A stretch of DNA of 64,000 nucleotides from Camelus dromedarius. Its lineage: Eukaryota. The stretch covers positions 44,022,001 through 44,086,000 of the forward strand of contig NC_087437.1 of NCBI RefSeq assembly GCF_036321535.1, read 5' to 3'. Positions 37,401-51,938 of the stretch are shown in pieces. The stretch's first letter is position 1, and each line of letters opens with the position of its first letter. The notes under the pieces are model-generated. The model saw only the letters and a list, made by a program, of their open reading frames with translations. It did not search any database and was not told the DNA's origin. Position numbers and translations under genes: made by a program.

Positions 37401-38085
37401 CTACATTTTCCAGGAGGAGTGGGAGTTACATAGTCCATACAAAAAAAGTGTAGTTATATAAAGAAGCATTAAACAGCATGGCATGTTTTGCTAGAGCAAA
37501 ACGGTTGAATGGGATTATAGATTAACAGTTGAATTGAATTATAGATTAAACTGAGCCGGATTATGGAAGGCTTCTTTACAGATTTGATTGTGTGTACTCT
37601 GATATTAACTTCTCCATGTATATAAGACTTGTGATGTATAATTAACCTTTTTGTATGTTTATGCATGTATTTTGTTTATGCATGTATTTCTAAAAATTTT
37701 CTAACAAATTTACTAAGTTGTTGATCCCCTTTTCCCCTTAGAATTGTATTCTAAAATTAGTGAGGAAGTTTAAACGACTATGTGATTTTTTAAAATTTCC
37801 TTCCCCTTTATAATCTTTAAATTTGTTTTGAAATTTTACATTTATAGTTTTAATTCTTTTGGTTTATGGAGAAAGAGGCAAGTATTGTATCCTAAGTTCA
37901 TGCTTTTTATAATATGTAAGAGTGCTCTGAAGAACTGAAAAATGCAACCTTTGGCCATTAGAAATGCTAAGAAGGATTGGATGGCAAGGTTGAAAGACTT
38001 GTGTGAATTTGTGTGTATGAAAGTTGAGAGTTATTTACATTTCTCCTCTTCTTGCCATTGGTCATCCTTTGTTCCAGCAAAGTGA

Positions 38086-38498
38086 CTGCTATGGAGTGAG
38101 TTGTGTGCCTCACCACCCAACCCCCAAATTCGTTCGTTGAAACCTCAGCTCCCAATGTGATAGCATTTGGAGGCTGGAGATAGGGTCTTTGGAAGATCAT
38201 TAGGTTGAGATGAGGCCATGAGGGTGGGACCCTCATGATGGAATTAGTGCCCTTATAAAAGAAACACCAGAGAACTAGTTTCTTTCTCTCTCCATCTGCA
38301 CACACCACACACCAGAAAAAGGCCATGTAAGGATGCAGCAAGAATATGGTTGTCTGCAACCCAAAGAAAGAGCCCTCATCAGACACAGACCCTCCTGGAA
38401 CCTTGTTCTGAGACTTCCAGTCTCCAAAACTCTGAGGAATAAATTCCTGCCACACAGTCTATGGTATTTTGTTCTGGTGGTCTGAGATGACTAAGACA
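38086..38498 (+). mobile_element. MLT1A-like MaLR solo LTR
   Basis: tgctatgga...cccccaaattcg...gagggtgggaccctcatgatggaattagtgcccttataaaagaa...gactaagaca; TSD gtgac/atgac. Confidence 0.9.
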
Positions 38499-41400
38499 AT
38501 GACATGCCATTTCATTTATAGAAACCTCTGATAGCTGCTGTGTCTTTTTCAAAGTAGTAAAAAGATAATCATTTTAACTGTGGTAGTAATTAATATGGGA
38601 GATTTGATATATTTAGAAAATGGGATTTTAAAAAAATGTTCTTTAATGATACATATGTTTTTAAAAGGCTATCAAGACAGATAAACAGAGGTATAGTAAA
38701 AAAATTTGTGAGCTTATAGAGTGTAATAAAAAATTTTATGATATTTTCCATTCAGGAATTATTATTTAATATGCTTACATAAATTCTTGGAAATTCATGA
38801 TTCCTGTGTAAATGAAGATTGGTATGAAATGAGGACAGCATATTTCCACATATGCAAAATGATGGAGCTTTTTTTTAAGATTAGGAATTTTGAATTGCTT
38901 GCTTAGCAGTGCTTCAAAGTAGGGTGAGTTAGAATATGAGTATCATTAGAAGAGTTTGCTTTGTGCTTAACACCTATGACTGTGTTTTTAAATTTTTCAG
39001 TCCTGTTCCTCTCAAGGGATATGACATTCATTAATAATGGCAGCTAAGGATGCTTTTCATGCCTTAGCTTTATTTTGCAGTAAGGAAACTGAGAGTAAAA
39101 AAGGGTAAGTGCCTCTTCCAAATTCACATGACTACACTGTGGCAGAGCTAATGTTTAATTTATACCCTTAACCATTGAATCGGAATTTTTTTGGAGTATA
39201 AGGCTAATGAACTACTCCATTTGGTCAGAAATCTCAAACTAAGATTCAAACTTTCTTTTTTGTTGTTACTTTGTTACACATTTTTGTTACATTGTTGTGA
39301 AATACCAAATACCTTCTTAAAAAGAAAAATTGAGCTACCTCTGCTTTGCTTGTGTCCTAAACACATACATCGTCTACCTTTGAAGAATCCAGTACTGCAT
39401 ACTGGCAAAGAATTTAACAGAGCAAGGCACATGGTAGGTCTTGAGAGAAACAGGATGCATTTCCTATTTCCAATGACTATTAGAAATGATTTTCTTACAA
39501 TACTTGTTTTATAAATTCACAAAGTGAATAGTTCATCTTTGACTTTAATAATCCTTCAGGAATTTCATCAGATTTAGACATTTGCCTGATATATAAAAGC
39601 TAGAATTTCTAATCAAAATATCTGCTTCTCCATAGGTATCTTTTAATGTCTGTGATTCCGCTTACCATAATATGGTCCCAAGTATGAGTCTGCATGAACA
39701 CCATTCTGCTGTCGCAATTTCTAAGCAGTAACTTTGTTCATAGGTCCATTGTGTAGGCTGAGGTTTTAAGCCTGTAGCCTGCTGTGTTTATTGATCTGTT
39801 TCTCAATAATTCCATCTCAGACAATCACACGATTCACAAACAGTCTGCGAGGGAAGAAACACACACATTACCATCAGCAGGAGATCGGAGGAGCCACGCA
39901 TTGAGAGGCTAATACTAAGAGTTTCAGCCTGATCTGTCTTACGTAGAATGATTGTGAAGCACCACAGTGAGACTTTTAAACAAATCAAAATTACAGCATT
40001 CTTAGTCTAAAATATAAATGTTTCTTTAAGGAATCATTTTGGTATTTGCCTAGGGTTGTTTTCCCCTTCAGTTTGAAGAGGATGTGAAAATTTCAAAGTC
40101 CAAATGAGGTGATTAGCCAAGCAGTATTCAGTAATGTTCAGTCTTTGCTCTCAAATGTGCTTTTTCCATTTCGTGGCTCTGCTGAGTGTCTGGATTTCTG
40201 CTATATATTCTGGGCCAGGCAACATTCAGCTACTCTGATGTCACCTCTGCTCCATCTACTGGAATAATGATTTTTACTCTGTCCACTCTTTAGCAAAATC
40301 ACTATTTTTATAATGGCTTTTTAAGAAAGTTTGTCGAAAGCCTGGTGCCAAAGAGCATTAAAGTTATTTAGTTAAATTGAGAAACCTTAGAGCAGAATTA
40401 AGATGAAACTATTAAATTAATCCTGTTCTTTTGTGCTCAGATATATGCAGCCAGCACTGTCTTCTGTCATGGAAAGATAGAGTACTGCTTTGCACTGAGG
40501 GAGAAGCCAGTGCATGAGGGCAGAGAAGTAGGTGAATTTTGAAATAAAGCTGGTGCTGCTGTGTTGGATTTGCCTGATTCCTGATCTCACAGCCACAGGG
40601 AGCTATTTGTTGTCAGATGTGCCCTGACCTCTCACATCTCCTTGCCTCTACCCATGTTCTTCTTTCTTCCTAGAGTGCCCTTTTCAACCTTGCTTCCTTG
40701 GAAAACTCCTTTCTTCCATTTTTTCAAGATTCCTGACAGTTCTTTTATGTGTTTCCTGATACCCTTGGGCAGAAAAAAGTGCTCTTTTCCCTGTGTCCCT
40801 GTAGCACTTCCAATCTATTTCTGTTTTAACATTTTTCACAACATGATTGTCTATTTACATATCTGTCCTCCTTCATTAGACTCTAAACTCCTTGAAGGCA
40901 ACAGAACTGTATTGTAATTGTTGTTGGTTCTGATTAACTACCTTTGCTAAGGAGGGGAAGTTCCAATTCTTGGAGATCGCTCTGATTGCAAAGTGTTGAG
41001 ATGTAAGTAGTCACGTCCAGAGAAGTTAAGCAAAGCACCTTTATTCTACATGATAATAGCTCAAAGATTTGGACCAGCGATGGCAAAGAGACCAAATGCA
41101 GGGATACTACTGCTGGGGCCGCCAGTGAGCAAGGCCGAGGCATCGTGAAGGATGATGAAGGGTGGTCTGATTAGATGCTTTAGCCAGAGAGACTTCGGCA
41201 AATAGACATGACTTAGAGGCATTTTGGAAGTGGAAGACAATGGCCTGTGAAATGTTCATGTTTTTCTCTGACTTTTTTATTAAACAGTCAGTCTCTGTTG
41301 TTCACCATTGATTTTGCCACTGGAGCATATTTTGGGGAAACAAAACAAAACAAAAGATGCTATGATTTTCCTCCAGGTTGGCCTGGGGTAGAAGCAGAGA

Positions 41401-41600
41401 TAACATGGCTGGGGATAGCCAGGTGTCTGGTTTACAGTGAAAACCTCAGGAGTGATAGAATACCTGGGAAATGGTAGTACTCAGTGAATAAGTGAATAAA
41501 AGAATGAATGATGAATTCTTAGCAAAATGCAGGAGAAGCCAGTACAGTAATTGATTTTAACTTTTTTTTTTATAAATTGAGATTTCTTTAAAATTAGCAA

Positions 41601-42484
41601 GTGACATGCAAATTGAAACTATAATAAGGTGTCACCTCATACCAATCAGAATGGCCATCACTAAAATGTCTGCAAATAATAAATGCTAGGGAAGGTGTGA
41701 AAAGAGAACCCTCCTGCATTGTTGGTAGGAATGTAAATTGGTGCAGCCACTATGGAAAACAAAGTGGCGGTTCCTTATAAAACTAAAACTAGAGTTACCA
41801 GATGATCTAGCAATCCCACTCCTGGGCATATATCTACAAAAGAAAAAACTCTAATTCAAAAAGATACATGCACCTCATAGCAGGGCTATTAACAACAGCC
41901 AAATCATGGAAGCAAACTAAATCATGGAAGCAGATGAATGGATAAAGAAGATCTGGTGTTATGTGTGTGTATATATATATACATATATATACACAATAGA
42001 GTATTACTCTGCCACAAAAAGAATGGAATAATACCATTTGCAGCAACATGAATGGATGGACCTAGAGATTCTCACACTAAGTGAAATAAGTTAGACAGAG
42101 AGTGACAAATATCATATGGTATCACATATATGTGGAATTTTTAAAAATATGTTACAAATGAACCTTTTTACAAAACTGAAATAGACTCCAGACATAGAAA
42201 ACAAATGTAATGGTTACCAAAGGGGAAAAGACAGGGAGAGATAAATTAGGAGTTTGGGTTTAACAGATACACATTACAATATATAAAATAGATAAACAAA
42301 AAGGTTCTACTGTATAGTACAGGAAGCTATATTTAATATCTTATAATAAATCATAATCATAATAGAAAAGAATATGAAAATGAATATATATGTATATAAC
42401 TGAATCACTGTGCTGTATACCAGAAACTAACACAGCATTTTCAATCAACTATACTTCAAAAACAAAAAAGAAAAAAAAATACAA
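41601..42484 (+). mobile_element. 5'-truncated L1 (ORF2 end and 3' UTR) with poly(A) and TSD
   Basis: cacctcataccaatcagaatggccatc...gcaatcccactcctgggcatatatc...gctgtataccagaaactaacacagc plus A-tail; 12-bp TSD taaaattagcaa (41589-41600 / 42485-42496). Confidence 0.93.
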
Positions 42485-43230
42485 TAAAATTAGCAAAGGA
42501 AAGAAAAGCACATGGGAGCCTGAAAAGGTACTATCGTTATTCCTCACAGTTGCAGGAAGCAAGGTCTACAAGCTGGTACCCTCACTTATCTCAAGACCCT
42601 CAACAACTTACAGCAGGGACCAGCAAGGATCCCTGTCCTGGCTCCTGTCAATCCTCAAAAAGAGACAAACCACAGTAACCCAATTTCACGTTTTAGAATC
42701 TTTTCTCATTCTCTTGATAAAACACAGATCTCCCCAGGGAGTAATAAATTTTATTTTTTCAAGATGGCAGTATGATTTAGTGAAAGACAAGGGAGGCAAT
42801 GTTTGGGTCCTTGTACAACACTTTCTCTCCTTCATTAACTACCTTCAGGTTAATTGATGGAATAATAACATCTACAACTTGTAAATAACCAGGAGTAGAG
42901 TAGGTGCTTATTGATCTTTCTCTCTCCTCTGCTGTCTGTTGGCTGCACCCCTGGAATAAGAAGACATCAGATAGGCCAAGGACAAATGTTGATAGAGTGG
43001 ATAAAGTACACGTGGCAGGAGCACTTGAGGGTAGCATCCCAGACACAGGATGAACACCTGAAAAGGGGGGCCTCAGGCTCAGAAAACAAAGTTCCCCCTT
43101 TCCCAGTTTTGCCTTAGGCTTGGCTTTAAGGTAGACTTTGCTGTGTTGTCATCAGCTGCTTAGCAGCAAAGGAAGTCTGTCCTGGAATGCAACTTCATAC
43201 TCGTCCAGCCCCTGCTTAAACTGTGGAGAT

Positions 43231-43584
43231 AGCTATTGATGGAACATTTGTGTCCCCTTACAATTCATACCTTGAAATCCTCACCCCCAAGGTAACGGTA
43301 TTAAGAGGTGGTACCTTTGGGTGGTAACTAGGTCATAAGGGTGGAGCCCTGATGAATGGGATTAGTGCCCTTGTAAAAGAGACCTCAGAGAGCTAGCTCA
43401 CTTCTTCCACCATGTGAAGATTCAAAGAGAAGTTGCTGTCTATGAACCAGAAGGCAGGTCCTCACCAGACAGTGAGGCACCTTGATCCTGGAGTTCCCAG
43501 CCTCCAGAACTGTGAGAAATTTCTGTTGTTTGTAAGCCCACAGCCCATGGTATTTTATTATAACAAGCTGAATAGACTAAGACA
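43231..43584 (+). mobile_element. MLT1A0-like MaLR solo LTR
   Basis: gggtggagccctgatgaatgggattagtgcccttgtaaaagagacc...cagcctccagaactgtgagaaatttctgttg...gactaagaca. Confidence 0.9.
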
Positions 43585-46500
43585 GAACTGTTTTCAGATT
43601 GTTGAATGGCTTAACGGTCTTGTAATGTGGATGAATATTGAATGTGGTCTGTCTAGAATGGGTTTAACAATTTATTTTCATTTGAATCATGAAAAATCAG
43701 ACACTTTTTTCCCATACCACTGCATCCCTTAGTTTAAAAAAGAAATTTAAACAACATTTTACAATGAGACTAATTGCTGTTTCCTACTGGGCATTATCCA
43801 GTCTGTGTTCTTTATCTATAAAAATGCTAATGTCTATAATTTATGACAGGTTTTAGAAAAATATGTGTGTGCAAATAATTATGCCATCAAACATTCTATC
43901 TAGTCATAATGGAAGTAGTTTCAGCCACATATGCTTTTCTTTGGATGGTAGAAAACATAAGATTTGTTTCTCAAGAAATTTAAAATTAACTAGAAAATCT
44001 GTTTTGCATTTATTCTACCAAAATTATTTGTGTGTTTGGCAGCTGGGATTAGTCTAGTACTTACATTATTTTATAATGGCTGTGCTCAATGCTGTGTTGT
44101 CAATTTGCATTCAGCCAGTTTATCTGGAATGATTCAGATGTTTTAAATGTATTTGTTTTTAGGTAGGGAAAAAAAGATCATGTATCCTTTTCATTATTTA
44201 CATGAAATGTCCAGATGCAAATTTATTTGCCTGTTCAAATTCTTCCCATGCTTTTTGAGAGATGAAATTCTCATTTCCCATCCAGATTGATTTGAGTGTG
44301 GTGTGTTGTCTTATTAATTGTTAAAGATGCTTATGTGTCTTCCTTAAAGTTTTTTGTTAGCTCTTGGGAAAGAGGAATGTACAAGGTGAAGCAGGAATTG
44401 TGTGTATTACACATTTTGATGGCTTAGAGGTTCATTAAAAATTAGTTTTCAATTATAGTACATTTTTATCATCAGTAAATAGATCTGCCAATAGAATTTT
44501 AGAAGTAGGCTCAGACCAAATCCAGTAACACTGTTCTTATCCTATGCAGTGAAATGCAGTAATAGTAACTTTTATTTGACTAATGTTTTACGGCCAACAA
44601 AACATTTCAAGTGCATCTTATTTAAACTTCCAAATCCCTGTAAAGTAGATAGGGCAGGCAATAATCTTCTTCCCATTTTACATTTGAGGAACGAGATTCT
44701 TTGAAGGGTGAAGCTGCGGCCAAGAGTGGAAGAGCTTCAGTCGGTACCCGTAGGCCTTATTCTGATGTCTCCCTTCCATCATCCAGGACAGTGAAACCTG
44801 TGCCTGGCACCACACTGCCAATCATTTTTCTTCTTGTTTGCAAAAAAAATGCCTTCCTACCTAGGAGTTGTGATAGTGATTCTGCAGTGAAATATAAAAA
44901 GATAGTTGAACTTTCTCACCTATGGTAAATTTCCAAGGTCAGCCAGTATCAAAGGCATTGGCTGCATTCCAGAGAAACCATTCATTCATTCGATGGAGAA
45001 GTGTAATAGGGACTGTGGGCAGCACAGATAGATGAGCTGCAGATTTAGACTGATCCTTGATTCATTTTCATATTTATTTGTGGTGGAGAATTTAATTACT
45101 CATTTGTCTCTAACATCACTGAGAACCGGCCACAGGGCTCGGTCAGGAAGGTCGCCGCAGGTTCGGGGCACTGAATGGCCTCTGCCGGGCTCTGGCTGTC
45201 CTTCTTGCTGCTTGCTTGGTGTGTAGGTTTATGATGTAGCTGTTTCTGATGCAGTTGGCGATAATATGAATATGGGCAATCCTGCCAGTTTGAGAAGAAA
45301 ATTTCCCTTGTCATAACTAGCTGAATTATACATAGTTATTTTGAAATCTGTTCAGTTGTCTTAGTTATTTTTTTAAAAATTACTTCCAATTTTCCCTCTT
45401 TGTGATTGTCCAAGTCTAGTAAGCAGGTGCAAAAAGAAAAGAGATGATTTCTTTTTTGGGCAAAACTAATGTGTGAACTCTTAACTCCTAATGACCCCCA
45501 TACAGCTGATACGGCACCCAGGGGTTCTTCATGGGCAGCTTTAAATATAACTTTTCCTTTCCGATCTCAGACCCCAAGTCCTTTCCACAGCAGGGCACAC
45601 TGCAGTCTGTCACTTGGTCACACTAGTCATATTGTCTTAAATCCCTTCTGCTTGGAAAGAAAATAATTGTTCCAAGTGAATGGTGCTATACCAGAAGCCA
45701 TTTTCAAGTTGTTAGCAGTAGCTACCTTATAATGACAAGTGAATTTGATTATTCTGATTTGAAAACTTTCATGGAGCCCTTGTTTATGAGTTATCTGATT
45801 AAAGACATTTGATATTTTTCACATTGATCATATTTGGAAAAGCTTACACACCTGCAAGTTTTAATATTAACTAGATGCCACTAAGCTCCTATTTTTAAAG
45901 AAAGCCAAAATGTGGCATAAAAGATATTTTTAGTGTCTTATGGTAGAAAAGTAACAAAGTAAAACTTACTACATGACATGTAAAACACATTATTTATAAG
46001 ATGCTAGCAACAAATTTTAGGAGCATCTGTTTTAGATTATGTGTAAATGCTCATATTTATTATGATTTATCTAACAGAGACTATAAAAGATCCTATTATA
46101 TTTGAATTCTCTGTTCCATGTTGCTCTTTGCAGGTAAACATTGTGTTTCTTATCTCTGTGGCTATATGCTCAATGTTATATCGTCCAAATCTAGAGTCAC
46201 ATATAATATGTATATTTTAAGCTTTATTGAATTTTTCTATTTATGAGTGTGTGTGTATATGTGAAAAGGAAGCAATGCATCTAGAGGAAATAATCTTTTT
46301 ATACACGTATCTCCTAATTTATCTGGGACCTCCTCTTATATAGAGAGAGAAATTTAAATTGACTTCAAGGTGACTTATTACATGAAAAGTATTTTTCATT
46401 TAAAACTCTGACATTAACATGTAGTAATACAGACGTAAATCTTCTGTAATGATATTGGTGAAAGAGAAACTACTGGGATGTATTTTTGAAAGAAAATAAT

Positions 46501-47499
46501 TTGTAACTCATATGTTGTGAAAACACTTCCTTCGCCTTATTTTTCTATTTTGTGGGAATTGTTAAAAGAAGGAGAGGGTTGTAAACTGGGAAGAGAGTGG
46601 ATAAGAATCATATAATTGAAACAATTCTGAAATTCACCATTGCAACAATTTGAAATTAAATGCTTTGCTAAAAAAGATTATGAGTTAAGTCAAATCTCCC
46701 TTTTTCTCTATTAGCCCAGTATTTAAATGCTGAGGGAGATCGCTGTTGTGTGATTGTAGTACTGTCTCCAGGGTAGAGGGTCATTTTTCTTCCATTCAGA
46801 TCTTGAAATGATTATTCAGGCTTCTGTAATTTCATGGATAGATTATTGCCACTTGTCTTTGTCGGCTAGATAGCCTGACAAAGTATAGCCTTAAGCTTTT
46901 GGTATTTGGTAAAATATGACATTTGGCTTTTGTTTCTATTTTTTATAAGTACCTGGAAAGTGCAATCTAAAGATATATTGAGATCTTTACATTACTTCAG
47001 ATAGCATATCACAATCAATAATTTATTTATGCTCTATTATTTATGGTTATAAACAAGGCATGAGATGGCTGTGATTCATTTTGTCTTCCTGAACTTTTGA
47101 GCCAAATTTCTAAAGCTTGGCATGGGAAGTACATTTGAAATAAACATCACTTACATGTGCAAATCAGATAATTACTCACAAAGCTACCTACCAATTAGTC
47201 AATTATTGATGCAATTAGGAGGATGTACAGCTAATTTAGGGGTTAAGAAAAAATAGGTCAGTTCAAAGTAAGGACAACCTAAAATCTAGCTTAGTGCTTA
47301 AGTTTCACTTGGGATGAGGAATATTCATTCTCAGGTAAATATAAGAGTTTGAACATAATTTTAAGTATTGAGGGTAGTGTAGAAAAACATGATTGTTTGT
47401 TCTAGTTCCACATAGTCGGTGTTCCTGGCTCAGATCTTGGAGGGAATTATTGCTTTTAGTAACTATGGGTCATTTTTATGCTGATTCCCTTTTTCCCCA

Positions 47500-48205
47500 T
47501 TTAATTTTATTTGTTTGTGTTTATTATTTCAGCTGCCTTGAGGTATAATTACCCAGAAAATTCTAATATTTGAAGTGTACATTATGATGATTTGATGTAC
47601 ATTGTGAAAGGATTCCCTCTTTCCCCCCTCTAGTTAATGAACACACATCACTGGACAAATTTTGTGTGTGTGTGTGTGTGTGTTAGACAATATTTATTTA
47701 AGTTCTACTCAGAAAATTTCAGTTATACAATACAGTTATCAATTATAGGAACCATATTTTACATTAGATCCTCAGGATTTTTTCATCTTATAATTGAAAG
47801 TTTGTGCCCTTTTACCATACTCATCCTATTTTTCCCACTCCCCAGCCCCTGGCAACCCCTTTCCTACTCTCTGTTTCTATGAGTTTGACTTTGTGGGGTT
47901 TTTTTTGTTTTAGATTCCACATATAACTGATACCATGCAGTATTTGTCTTCCTCTATCTGACTTATTTCACTTAGCATAATACCTTTGAGGTCCATCCAT
48001 GTTGTCACAAATGGCAAGATTTCATCTTTTTTTTTTTTTTAGTGGTAGAGTAGTAGTCCATTGTGTATATGTGTGTGTGTGTGTGTGTATACACATACAT
48101 ACATACATACGTACATACCACATCTTCTTTATCCATTAGCCTATAGGACACTTAGGTTGCACCCATATCTTGACTATTTTAAATAATGCTGCAATAAACA
48201 TGGGT
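47500..48205 (-). mobile_element. L1 3' end (L1MA/cetartiodactyl type)
   Basis: ccccagcccctggcaacc...gattccacatataactgataccatgcagtatttgtc...gttgtcacaaatggcaagatttc; internal (TG)n. Confidence 0.9.
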
Positions 48206-50044
48206 GTTTCAGAATGTTCTAAACCAGAATTAGAACTCTGGTGGCTAGACATACTTCAGGGTGTTAATACATTGCCCCATAGTCATCATGAGGCAATTCT
48301 GCAGCCTCAGTCCCTAACATACTAAAATGTATTTAGAAAATCAGATTGCTGTATGCTGTTCATTAGATATCAAGTAATAATGTTAATATTTGCAATAACA
48401 GTGTTTTTAATGGAAAAATATTATCTTAAAGCTACAACTTAAGAAAAATAAAACCATTAATAGTTTTTAAAGAACGTTTTCTTAATAATTGAGCTATATT
48501 ATTATAACATATAATTTATAATAAATATGTACCATTTACAATGTAATATTTGAAGCTTCTTGGTGTAAGAAGGAAGTTCCAAATAATGACTATGAATAAA
48601 GAGACGTAACCACAATGCCAGGGGAGAATTAAAAAATAAAAGTTACCTTGGCCCTAAATGTGTTTCTAATTTTTAAGGTACCATATTTGATGTTACTACA
48701 AACAATTTGTAAAAACATTGGATTGATCTCATTTTATTATATTAAATGTTCTGCACTGATCTACAGATTTGACTGTACCTTAAAAATATTCTGTGAATTT
48801 AAATTTTCAATTCTGTTCAGAGGAACATATGAATATAATAATTAATATAATGAAATCTTAGGATTTATGCACTGAAGCAGATTATTAAGAGAGAAAAATG
48901 TTGAAGTAGCATTTATCACAAACTCATTCTTTGTCTGAAGCAGAGAGAGTTCAGTGAGTTTGCAATGTATTTAGTGTTAATGGGGTAGAAAATGAAAAAT
49001 ACCTATGAAAATGGTCAAGTTGATGAAAATTGTAGGGTGAAAATAATTTGAAATTGGATTTTTTAAGGTCTGTGTATCCATTTTCTTATTTTCCCTTCTA
49101 ATTGGGAACTCAGAAAAGTAAAATCCTAAACCATTTTAGAGCCATAACATTTTAAGATGGTAGGGATGAAAGTTAACTAACCAACTTCCCCCTTCTACTG
49201 ATTTTGAATCAGGAAACTGAAGTTTAGAAAGAGAAAATAGAGTAATAATAGAGTTCTTGAAGGAGAAGAGACTTTGGAAGCCATCTAACCCAACCTGCTC
49301 TTTGTGATTCCGGGAGGTTGAAAGTTTTCCCAGGAACACAGAGGTAATCACTACCACAGCCAGCTGTGTCCACTGGCCACCTCCCTTCTACTATCTACTA
49401 TTTTTATTAGAGTTAAGGTTAAACATCATTATTCACTTACTGGCTGGATCCTCAGTGGAATTACAAATGGTGATTATTGTGATCATGTATACCATAGTTC
49501 ATGATCTTTTGTTTCAATCCACAGTTTTAATCTAGGCAACTTTGTGTACCATATATGCAATTTCCTTTCCTGGGACGTAGAAATTGAAAGCAAACAAAAC
49601 ATATATTACACTGCTGTTAGAAGGTCAAGGTTGACGGTTCTGAAGAATTAATTCATAGAAAATTTGATCGTTAATAAAATGAGTCACCAGTAACTTTTGG
49701 GTTAGATGAGGATAAGGACATGTACTCTGGCAGTAGCAAGGGGAATGGAGAGGAGGGGAGAAATAAGGCCAATGATTAAACAGATAGAAGTAGAAGTGGT
49801 AGTCTTCTGATAGTGTGAGTCTTAATATAGGAACAATCAGAGGAAACTTATTTGAATTGTGAAAGATATTTGAAGCAAATGGGGCCAAAAGTTGTTACGG
49901 AGAACTTGGAAGTTACACGTGTACAAATTACTTCCTTCCTGTCTTTGTTTCTTTTCTATTTCTGGGATAGAAGGAAAATAATACAAAGAGATACTAAGTG
50001 GCCAGAAAAATAAAAGTCCACCTAGTGATTTAGTTTGGACTAAA

Positions 50045-50154
<110 letters not shown>

Positions 50155-51609
50155 TCACATTCATGCAGCTTGGCTATTTACAAATTTAGTATTGTACTCA
50201 ATGATATTAGATACTACACCAAATGGAGATTATTTAAATAGAAAACACATGGTTTTGTGACATACTTGAACAAGTTTCATTACCAGCATGGAGAGAAAAT
50301 GCTGAGGTTTACCTTTTAGGGAAATACATAGATAAACAAACAAACACAAAGTATTTTTTTTCTTCCAGTCACACTCCTCCTTTTTCACTGTTCTCACTTC
50401 CCTGCACTTGACCATATATTAAAAGGTGGGCAGCTTGTAGTTTTGAAATTTTCAGAAACTTGTCATTTTATTATAGGAGCTGAAGGGGTGGGATAGGAGT
50501 GAACACCAGTCATAGTTGTGCCTTTTTCCAGTTAATTGACAACCATGTTATTAAGGTCAAGATTTTCAAGGGTAAATTCTTATTTATTTTTCAATGCAGG
50601 ATTTAGGGCAGCTTTGCAAATGACATAGGTTCCAGGATCATTCATTTCAGTAAAATGCCATTTGCTGGCAAAATGATAGCATGAAGAATGGCTTGTATTC
50701 TTTTCTGTCACCTGAGTTTTCACACCATACAATACCTGCCTGCCAGAATGAATGTGACATCCTCACCTAACAGTGTGACAGTGAAAGAAGTAATTGGAGG
50801 AGAAAGATAGCCCCCCACCACCGTGCACCCAATTCTGTGCGTCAATTGCTGTTGCCGGTTTGAATGATGCTCATTCACAGGACCCAAGACCCTCAGGAAT
50901 AGCAACCTGACTTCCACTGCTGGGTCTACTTCAGCATCATTTCAAATGAAAGCCCCTCAACAGTTTTAAAGGTTTGAGCATTTTTGTCCTCTAATTGTTA
51001 TACTATAGATGTTATTTCAGAGTCAGCTTGAAAGGAGAGAGGCTTCTGCTTTCTCTGGGGACTGTCTCTTTATATACCCTCTTCTTTCTTGTCCTCTTTG
51101 GCTGTCATTTTGCAACATTTGCATTCAGTTTTGATATATTACCTTCTTGCATAGGTTTTGCTTTTCAAAAAACTATCCATTCCTTAGATGTGGCTTTTGG
51201 CCCTTGAGGCTTGGAATTTTAAGGTGGCTGTTTTGAAGCCATCATTTCAATATATCCTCACAGCCATTGGTATTATTGATCTTCACATAATCCCTCACAG
51301 AATTCTTGAGGGCCATTGCTTTCTTCATTTTATCCCTTAGGCTCTAACGAAATGTGAGTCAGAAATGAAATAAAGTTAAGAGATGGGTGAGGGTGTCTGA
51401 TGTGCATCGTATATGTCAATAAGCAAAGCTATGAACTTAATAGTTTTTCAGGCAACCTCAAAGGACACCCTCTTTAAAAAAGCTTTACATGCCTCTACCA
51501 TTAGCCCACTATCATGGCATCTTTTATTGTTATAATTTCTTTCTAGCAGTATCATTCTTTAGACACTAGCTGAATCTTCTAACCTGCTTTGGATTTAGAG
51601 TCCTCATTT

Positions 51610-51730
51610 CATAAAACAAATACTTATTGAGTGTCTACTGTGGAACAGGCATAGTTCCAAGTATTTGTCATAGATCGGGGAACAAAACTGACCCAATGCC
51701 TGCCCTCTGGGAGCTTACATTCTGTCATGG
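51610..51730 (-). mobile_element. L2 3' end fragment
   Basis: aacaaatacttattgagtgtctactgtg...cctgccctctgggagcttacattct. Confidence 0.75.
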
Positions 51731-51800
51731 GTTAGAGAACATGAAATACTGTATTAAAGACTGAGCAGACTGAAATTGTCCCACTACCTGTGGGCCTTAG

Positions 51801-51938
51801 GCAGAGTCTACACGTAATAGCCATGCATTTTGTGCACTGTGTAACTCCTGGGAGTGCCACTTGCTTAATTGTCCGTGTGAATGATGCTCCCTGGAATTGT
51901 ATAGTGCACAAACTCTGCATCCATGGGTGGTAGCCCTA
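51801..51938. mobile_element. MER91-like palindromic hAT-Tip100 MITE
   Basis: ttgtgcactgtgtaactcctgggagtgcc...gtgaatgatgctccctggaattgtatagtgcacaa...gccct. Confidence 0.8.

Noticed and set aside
37967..38455. 162-aa minus-strand ORF
   Set aside because: Lies mostly within an MLT1A LTR; spurious.
42390..42857. 155-aa plus-strand ORF
   Set aside because: Starts in an L1 3' UTR, reads through its poly(A) tail and ends in MIR-like sequence.
51801..51938. Long hairpin as a novel pre-miRNA
   Set aside because: Explained by the palindromic MER91-type MITE; the same applies to the inverted repeat in the MER5 element at 13103-13274.
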